Positions 58,116 through 64,000 of a stretch of DNA of 64,000 nucleotides are shown in pieces (position 1 is the stretch's first letter; each line of letters opens with the position of its first letter). Under the pieces are notes generated by a model that was not told the DNA's origin, made no database searches, and saw only the letters and a program-made list of their open reading frames with translations. The position numbers and the translations under genes were made by a program. The stretch comes from Thermoanaerobaculia bacterium (GTDB taxonomy: Bacteria > Acidobacteriota > Thermoanaerobaculia > Multivoradales > Multivoraceae): contig OY761158.1 of assembly GCA_963664405.1 (NCBI GenBank), positions 5,152,001 through 5,216,000 of the forward strand, written 5' to 3'.

Positions 58116-59927
58116 ATGAAGACGACACTTTCCGCCTTTCTGTTGCTCACCCTATTGCCTGCGATGGCGCTGGTCGCCGACGACGACCTCGGCATCTTGC
58201 GTCCCGACCAGGCTACTCGCGAGCTCGGATACCTGCCCATGGACGACGGCATCGAGCTCGCCTACGTGGTGTGGAGGCCGCGGCAAGAGGGTCGCTTCCC
58301 GGTGCTGCTGAGCAATTCGCCCTACCTGGGCGGAGGCATCGACCTCGAGAATCATGAGGAGTTCAGCAGCGCCGCCCTGGAATACCTGCGCCACGGCTAC
58401 GCCTTTGTCGGGGTGAGCATCCGCGGCACCGGCTGTTCCGAGGGGGGCTTCGACCTGCTCTCGGAGCGCAACGCTCGCGACGGCGCCGCCGCGGTTGAGT
58501 GGGCGGGGTCTCAGTCCTGGAGCACTGGTGCCGTTGGCCTGGTCGGCAACTCCTACGAAGGCATCACCCAGTATCCGGTGGCCGCGCGCCATCCCCGCTA
58601 CCTGAAGGCGATGGCGGCCGGCGCCTCCGTCGGCGACGCCTATCTCGATGCAGCCTACCCGGGTGGAATCTTCAACTCGAGCTTCTTCGCCTTCTGGGCC
58701 TACGACGTGCAGCCGATGGCGGCGGCCTGGGGAGCGTCGTCGCGGGTGGAGGCTGGCGACGACCGCTGCACGGCGATCCGGGCCAAGCAACCAGGCAACG
58801 GGGTGTTCAGGGCTACCCGCACCCACCCCCACCGAGACGCCTGGTGGCAGGCGCGGGACCTGACGGCGATGGCAACGGCGATCGAGGTGCCGGTCTTCAT
58901 CGCCCAGGCCTGGCAGGACCAGCAGGTCGCGGTACGTGGCGCGACCCGGCTCTTCGAGTCGTTGAAGACCCCGAAGAAGATGATTCTGGGCAACGGCGAT
59001 CACGGCTTCTACGGCTTGCCGACAGTGATGGCCGAGCGCCTGCGCTGGTACGACCACTGGCTCAAGGGTGAGGACACCGGCGTCGACGGCGATGCGCCGG
59101 TCTCGGTCTGGTTCGAGCATCGGCCAGTCGACGGCGAGTGGCGGGCTGGCTGGACGCGGGATTTCGATGACTGGCCGCCACCGGAGTCGGAGCCCCGTAC
59201 GCTTCACCTCACCGCCGAAGGCCGCCTGCGTCGGGCAGCCGCCAGCACCGGGAAGGCGAGCGGGGAGCGTCACTACATCTACCCCGCGGGCTCGGAGCTC
59301 ATCGGGTCGGCGGCGGAGTTCGCCATCGCTCCGGCCTCTTTCGGGTCTCTCAGTTATCGTAGCGAGCCGGCGGCGACCGACATCACGATCCTGGGCTCTC
59401 CGGAGCTCGTTCTCTACCTGTCGAGTGAGCGCTCGGACACAGACCTGATGGTCGCGCTCCACGACATCGACCGCGACGGGCGCGTCCAGTACCTGCAGCG
59501 GGGGTTCCTGCGCGCCTCTCACGCGGCAAAGCTGGTGACGGCTGAGGGTGGCGACGCCGGAGTCGAGCGCAACCATCAGCGGCCGGCGCCGCTACGGCCC
59601 GAGTCGGTGTACGAGCTCCGCGTCGAGCTCCAGCCCCTTGGCCACGTGCTGCGCCCGGGACACGCCCTCGAGTTGGTCGTGCTCGCTCCCAACCCGCTGC
59701 CGCAACCGAACTGGGGTCTGGCCGCGGTGATGCTCCCCGGACGCAACACGGTCTACCACTCCGAGCAGCACCCGTCACGGCTCCTGGTCCCTGTGCTCCC
59801 GGGAGCCGGAGCGGAAGCCGCGGCACCGGAGTGCGGGTCACTGCCGATGCAGCCCTGCCGCGCACCGGCGCCGGAGAGCTCGGAGCAGCCCGGGCCGCCA
59901 GCGCTCTCGACTCGAAGGAAAGTTTAG
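58116..59927 (+). CDS. CocE/NonD family hydrolase, secreted
   Basis: RGTGCSEG, nucleophile GNSYEG, WYDHWLKG, signal peptide. Confidence 0.92.
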   Translation: MKTTLSAFLLLTLLPAMALVADDDLGILRPDQATRELGYLPMDDGIELAYVVWRPRQEGRFPVLLSNSPYLGGGIDLENHEEFSSAALEYLRHGYAFVGVSIRGTGCSEGGFDLLSERNARDGAAAVEWAGSQSWSTGAVGLVGNSYEGITQYPVAARHPRYLKAMAAGASVGDAYLDAAYPGGIFNSSFFAFWAYDVQPMAAAWGASSRVEAGDDRCTAIRAKQPGNGVFRATRTHPHRDAWWQARDLTAMATAIEVPVFIAQAWQDQQVAVRGATRLFESLKTPKKMILGNGDHGFYGLPTVMAERLRWYDHWLKGEDTGVDGDAPVSVWFEHRPVDGEWRAGWTRDFDDWPPPESEPRTLHLTAEGRLRRAAASTGKASGERHYIYPAGSELIGSAAEFAIAPASFGSLSYRSEPAATDITILGSPELVLYLSSERSDTDLMVALHDIDRDGRVQYLQRGFLRASHAAKLVTAEGGDAGVERNHQRPAPLRPESVYELRVELQPLGHVLRPGHALELVVLAPNPLPQPNWGLAAVMLPGRNTVYHSEQHPSRLLVPVLPGAGAEAAAPECGSLPMQPCRAPAPESSEQPGPPALSTRRKV

Positions 59928-59929
59928 CG

Positions 59930-60190
59930 ATGGCCCAAGCGATCGTTCTCAACGGCGAAGACCTCAGCGTCACCGACGTGTGGCGGGTGGCCGCAGAAGG
60001 TGCTGCCGTAACCCTCGACGAGTCTTGCCGGGAGCGGGTCGACGCCTCACGGCGGGTGCTCGAGGACCTGGTGGCCCGAGATCAGGTGGTCTACGGAGTC
60101 ACCACCGGGGTGGGACCGCTGTGCGACCGGCTGCTGCCCCGCGAAGACGCCGAGGCCCTGCAGCACAATCTGGTGCGCGCGCTCTCCGCC
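59930..60190 (+). pseudogene. Aromatic amino acid ammonia-lyase (HAL/PAL family), N-terminal fragment
   Basis: VYGVTTGVG..LQHNLVRALSAG, then abrupt loss; MIO-forming ASG region absent. Confidence 0.88.
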
Positions 60191-60245
60191 GGGCGATGCC
60201 GGTCCCGCCACCGGTCACGATCGTAGTCCTCCCCTCAAGTCGACT
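60188..60245 (-). pseudogene. SDR oxidoreductase N-terminal stub
   Basis: SRLEGRTTIVTGGGTGI after a GGAGG RBS; start appears mutated (ATCG). Confidence 0.65.
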
Positions 60246-60292
60246 CGATCTCGCTCCTCCCTGTTGAGAGCTACGGGAAATCTCCCTTCCGA

Positions 60293-61771
60293 TCAACCGG
60301 CCGCGTTGATCTCGCGGGCCGCGCGGTCGCCCGACTCCAGGGCACCCTGCATCCAGCCGGGACGGGTCGAGGCGTGCTCGCCGGCGAAGTGGATGCGCCC
60401 CTCGGGTCGCGAGATGTGAGGGCGGATCGAATACATCTGGCCCGGCTTGAAGTAGATGTAGCCGCCGCGCGCCCAGGGGTCGTCGTCCCATACCCAGGTG
60501 GTGCCGACTTCGAAGTGCTCGCGCACATCGGGGTAGAGCTTCGAGGCGTCGTCGAGGGTCGACGCGATACGCTCGGGCTCGCTCAGCTCGGCGGCGCGTC
60601 GGGCCCCGACACCCGAGCGGAACGACTCGAGAATGCCGCGGGGCCCCGGCTGCGCCACGGTGCGGTCGCCGAGACCGCGCATCGGCAGGTCGGTGAGAGC
60701 AGAGCCGTCGAATCCCTGCGCGAGCCAGAACCGCTCGCGGCTCTGCAGGTAGACCCGCGTTACAGAGGTGGTCGGCAGCTCGTCGATGGCGCGCTGCTTT
60801 TCCGGGCTGAAGCCGGGCGATACGTCGATGCGACGCAGCACCGAAAAGGGCACTGCACACACCAGGCGGTCGGCGGCGAGGGTCGTGGGCGACCCGGCCT
60901 GCTCGTAGACCACGCGCACGCCCCTATCGTCGTGCTCGATGCGGGTGACCGGGGCGCCGTAGCGGATGTCTCCGGCGAGGCGGGTGGCGAAGGCCTCGGG
61001 CAGCAGGTCGTTGCCACCGCGGATCGTGAACACCTCCTTCGTGGCCGCCTCGTCGACGAGCTGGCTGAGCATGTTCAGCGCTGAGTAGCTCTCGGCGCCG
61101 TCGCCCAGATTGTCCTGGAAGCCGAGGCTGAGGAGCTCGACGGCGGCGGCCGATGCACCCTGCTCGCGCAGCAAGTCGGCGAGCGAGAGACGATCGTACT
61201 TTTCAAGCGAGGCCGACGGCCAATCAGGAGTCTCGGGATCGCCCATCTCCTCGACTAGGGGACCGAGGTAGCGGTCCATCATCCCGTCCCGCCCCAGCCG
61301 TCTCTCCTCGGGGGTCAGGTCGAGAGGCCAGTTGGTGGGCTCGCCCCGCTTCACCTCGAGGCGGCGCCCCCGGACCCAGGCGCGGGAGTCCAGCTTCGAG
61401 GGCACAACCTTATCGAGCTCGAGGCCGAAGAGCTCGACGTAGTGCATCGTCCAAGCGTGCCGGTCGTGGATGAAGATGCCGCCCGCCTCGGCGTAGAGCC
61501 CGTCGGAGAACGGCGCGCGCAGAGTGTGGACGCGCCCGCCGGCCCGTCCCTGCGCCTCGAGGACCGTGACCTCGTGCCCGGCCTGGACCAGCTCCCAGGC
61601 CGCCGACAGACCGGCTAGTCCGGCGCCCACGACGATGATCTTTCGGCGCGGTCCCTGGCGCTCGACTCCCGGCTGACCTCCGGCGCGCATCGCGCGCGGC
61701 GCCACCGACAACGCACCCGCCGCCAGCAGGGTCCGTCCGAGAAAGTCTCCCCGGCCGATATGTGAGCTCAT
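60293..61771 (-). CDS. Flavin monoamine oxidase / L-amino-acid oxidase family
   Basis: VVGAGLAGL, EAQGRAGGR, FAGEH..GWMQGALESG; Tat-like leader. Confidence 0.92.
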   Translation of the reverse strand: MSSHIGRGDFLGRTLLAAGALSVAPRAMRAGGQPGVERQGPRRKIIVVGAGLAGLSAAWELVQAGHEVTVLEAQGRAGGRVHTLRAPFSDGLYAEAGGIFIHDRHAWTMHYVELFGLELDKVVPSKLDSRAWVRGRRLEVKRGEPTNWPLDLTPEERRLGRDGMMDRYLGPLVEEMGDPETPDWPSASLEKYDRLSLADLLREQGASAAAVELLSLGFQDNLGDGAESYSALNMLSQLVDEAATKEVFTIRGGNDLLPEAFATRLAGDIRYGAPVTRIEHDDRGVRVVYEQAGSPTTLAADRLVCAVPFSVLRRIDVSPGFSPEKQRAIDELPTTSVTRVYLQSRERFWLAQGFDGSALTDLPMRGLGDRTVAQPGPRGILESFRSGVGARRAAELSEPERIASTLDDASKLYPDVREHFEVGTTWVWDDDPWARGGYIYFKPGQMYSIRPHISRPEGRIHFAGEHASTRPGWMQGALESGDRAAREINAAG

Positions 61772-61842
61772 CTCGCGTCTCTCCTTCTCGTATGCGCCGC
61801 GGCAGCGATTGACCGCGCCGCCGATGGTGGAGCGGGGCTGAG

Positions 61843-63201
61843 TCACTCGGCCGAGTGCCGCTCCAGCAGCTTCTCCATCCAGTCGAGGGCGTCGGCGACG
61901 TTCGGACCACCAGCGAGAACGCCGTGCCCCGAGCAGGGAATCTCGACGATCTGCGCTTCCGGACACTCGCCAATCGACGTCGGCGCGTCTGCCGCGCAAG
62001 CCCGGGTCGTACCGCCGCACTTCTCGTAGTTCACCGAGGCCCCGCCCGGATTATGCTCATCGATCGCACGCGCGATCGGCCCGTCGAGGTGCTCCTGCGC
62101 GAAGGCGATGTCGCCGCAGGTGATGATGTTGTCGCGGCTATTCCAGGCATGGAAGATCGGCGTCGTGATGGTGCCGTCTTCGATCGCCTCCGACAGAGAG
62201 AACTCGAGAAAATTGATCGTATCGAGGCCCCGCGTCGTGTCCTGCAGCGGATGATCGCACTGAACCCAGGTCTGCTTGTTTTCCCCGACGACAACGTGGC
62301 GCAGGCCGTTTACCACACCCTCGTCCTTGACCCGGCCGTAGGCCGCGACCTGGGCCGGTCCGCTGTCTACGATCGCACCCAAAAGATCGATGTCGGGCCT
62401 GTCTTTTTGCAGATCCCTGGCGATCACCGCAGCACCAAGGCCTCCGGCCGAGGTGCCTCCGACGACGAGAACGTCGATGCCGTGGTGCTGGTCGACGTAG
62501 TCGAGCGCCCGGATCACAGCCTCGTAGCCGTAGCGCACGCCATCCATTCCGCGCTCCCCCCGACCGTAGTAAGCGTCGCGCGAGCAGTAGCTCGGGAAGA
62601 GGATGCCCCACTCCGGGAACCGGTCCCGTAACTGGCTGAGGAAGCGACTGGGATTACCGGCCTGCGACGGCACCTCCTCGAGAGGCTCGAAGGTGAAGCT
62701 GGTGTAGGCGTGCTTCCGGGTCCACCACTGGGTCGAGAGCAGCGCGAAGTTGAAATGGACGCCGGGCCCGCGGATCTCGCCCCACGAGACACCGTAGAGG
62801 TCGGGGGTAACTTGATCGAGGGGGACAGTGGTGTCGACCCAGCCGAAGCCGCCGCCTCGGAGGTACAAGAAAACGGGCAAGGAGCCGCCGGAGTAGTCCT
62901 TCGGCAGCGCGAAGACGAACTCGTGATTACCCCAATCCCCGTTGACAAAGCGCTCATCGTGCTCGTCGATGCCGGTGAACTGGATGTTGGGCTGGAAGCA
63001 GCGCAAGCCCGGCAGCTCCACCGTCTCGACCTTCCGCCCATCGTCGAGGGTGAAGGTGTCGACGACGAGGAAGGAGCCCTCGGTCGAAGGCGTGACGGGG
63101 GCGAAGTCGGCCGCCTGCGAGTGGCTGCTGAAAATGAGAAAAGCCGCCATCGTCGCGCCCGCGATCGCGCGGAGAGGCAGGTTCATCTGGGAATCGGACA
63201 T
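61843..63201 (-). CDS. Secreted pectinacetylesterase/Notum-like serine hydrolase
   Basis: Signal peptide, LYLRGGG, YCSRD, nucleophile GTSAGG. Confidence 0.65.
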   Translation of the reverse strand: MSDSQMNLPLRAIAGATMAAFLIFSSHSQAADFAPVTPSTEGSFLVVDTFTLDDGRKVETVELPGLRCFQPNIQFTGIDEHDERFVNGDWGNHEFVFALPKDYSGGSLPVFLYLRGGGFGWVDTTVPLDQVTPDLYGVSWGEIRGPGVHFNFALLSTQWWTRKHAYTSFTFEPLEEVPSQAGNPSRFLSQLRDRFPEWGILFPSYCSRDAYYGRGERGMDGVRYGYEAVIRALDYVDQHHGIDVLVVGGTSAGGLGAAVIARDLQKDRPDIDLLGAIVDSGPAQVAAYGRVKDEGVVNGLRHVVVGENKQTWVQCDHPLQDTTRGLDTINFLEFSLSEAIEDGTITTPIFHAWNSRDNIITCGDIAFAQEHLDGPIARAIDEHNPGGASVNYEKCGGTTRACAADAPTSIGECPEAQIVEIPCSGHGVLAGGPNVADALDWMEKLLERHSAE

Positions 63202-63328
63202 TCTTTCTTCACTCCTTCGCTGATCGTTTTCGGGGGGTCGCTGCCATCCTCGGGGCGCACCCGGTCGGCTAGCTGCTGAGCTCGTCCTCGCATTCGACGC
63301 TCGGTCGGATCGACGTGATGTACTCAGA

Positions 63329-63355
63329 GAATTAGACATTTGTCAAGAAAGGCGC
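63329..63355. promoter_or_regulatory. Operator-like motif, copy 2, overlapping a minus-strand TTGACA
   Basis: GAATTAGACATTTGTCAAGAAAGGCGC upstream of the esterase-oxidase operon. Confidence 0.65.
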
Positions 63356-63439
63356 AGCGTCGGAATCGCCCGCTCACGCAGGCTTCCAGGCTCTCAGGTG
63401 CCGCGGATCATCGGTTTCGGTGTCGACGCGCTTCTAGGA

Positions 63440-63545
63440 GCCGCGACCCGGCCAGCGGGCAATGAGAGGCACCCGAAATCCGCCTTCGAAGCTGGTCGAT
63501 TTGCCGCCCCACAGGGGGCCTGCCGACCCGCTCTCGAAGTCGTGC
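63440..63545 (-). pseudogene. Internal arylsulfatase fragment
   Basis: [28 protein letters not shown]. Confidence 0.75.
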
Positions 63546-63666
63546 CTCGCCGATGGCCAAACCGTTGCGCAGTAGTCTAGACATGTGTACAGTTCTCGCG
63601 CTACCCCCCAGCCTCCGAGAGATCGACGATTCGACCTCGGCGGCGCCGCCGAGATCAAACCTTCCA

Positions 63667-63933
63667 TTGAAAGCCGTCCTGAGAACTGCCGCTCAGCTGC
63701 CGGTCCCGGTGCTCGTCGCCGCTCTCTTCGCCTCGGCCGGAGGCACCTCGCAGGAGCACAGGGTAGACGACGAATCGGCTGCGCCGAACCTGATCATCAT
63801 TCTCGCCGACGACCTCGGCTACGGTGACATCACCCCCTACGAAGCCGAGCTCGTCAAGACGCCGAATCTCGATCGCATGGCGGCGGAGGGGATCAAGCTC
63901 CGGAGCTTCTACACCACCAGCGGGGTCTGCACG
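63667..63933 (+). pseudogene. Sulfatase N-terminal fragment broken at the catalytic CxPxR motif
   Basis: [31 protein letters not shown] followed by RRVGN instead of PSR. Confidence 0.85.
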
Positions 63934-63957
63934 CGACGGGTAGGAAATCGCTTTTCT

Positions 63958-63984
63958 GAGCATGAGGAGCATGAGGAGCATGAG
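63958..63984 (+). repeat. 9-bp tandem repeat x3
   Basis: GAGCATGAG GAGCATGAG GAGCATGAG. Confidence 0.9.
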
Positions 63985-64000
63985 GGTTTTCGGAGGCCTG

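Noticed and set aside
55696-59576. Long antisense ORFs (479 aa and 474 aa; similar ones elsewhere)
   Set aside because: Shadow frames of high-GC genes with no motifs

Overview
GC-rich bacterial DNA. An Acidobacteriota (Thermoanaerobaculia-like) origin is inferred from exosortase H, a carboxypeptidase-domain TonB receptor and the transposase types. All family calls come from recalled motifs, not database searches. Three zones. (1) About 2.7-19.7 kb is a decayed, IS-riddled island abutting the 3' end of tRNA-Thr(CGT). It holds four bounded IS elements (IS481/IS3-like, ISAzo13, IS630, IS256), Tn3 and IS21 remnants, a BrnT/BrnA module and putative anti-phage genes. Removing the IS630 restores an in-frame HNH-nuclease/SF2-helicase gene (609 aa) coupled to an unrecognisable 491-aa ORF; this is the best candidate for an undescribed defence system. 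Removing the IS256 restores an ApeA-like HEPN gene (456 aa). (2) About 19.8-52.9 kb is mostly core genes: larBC, a TolC-EmrA...EmrB efflux set split by DUF3604/DUF1800/DUF1501, glcB, smc, exosortase H, pyrRBC, suhB, M23, MATE, an ECF-DUF1835 sigma and an HMG-CoA-lyase-like gene. (3) 52.9-64 kb is an IS6-bounded, eroding catabolic locus (TetR, TonB receptor, CocE/NonD, flavin amine oxidase, esterase, and HAL/SDR/sulfatase fragments) with a repeated operator-like motif. Many abrupt gene-fragment junctions occur throughout, indicating deletion-driven erosion or assembly artefacts.
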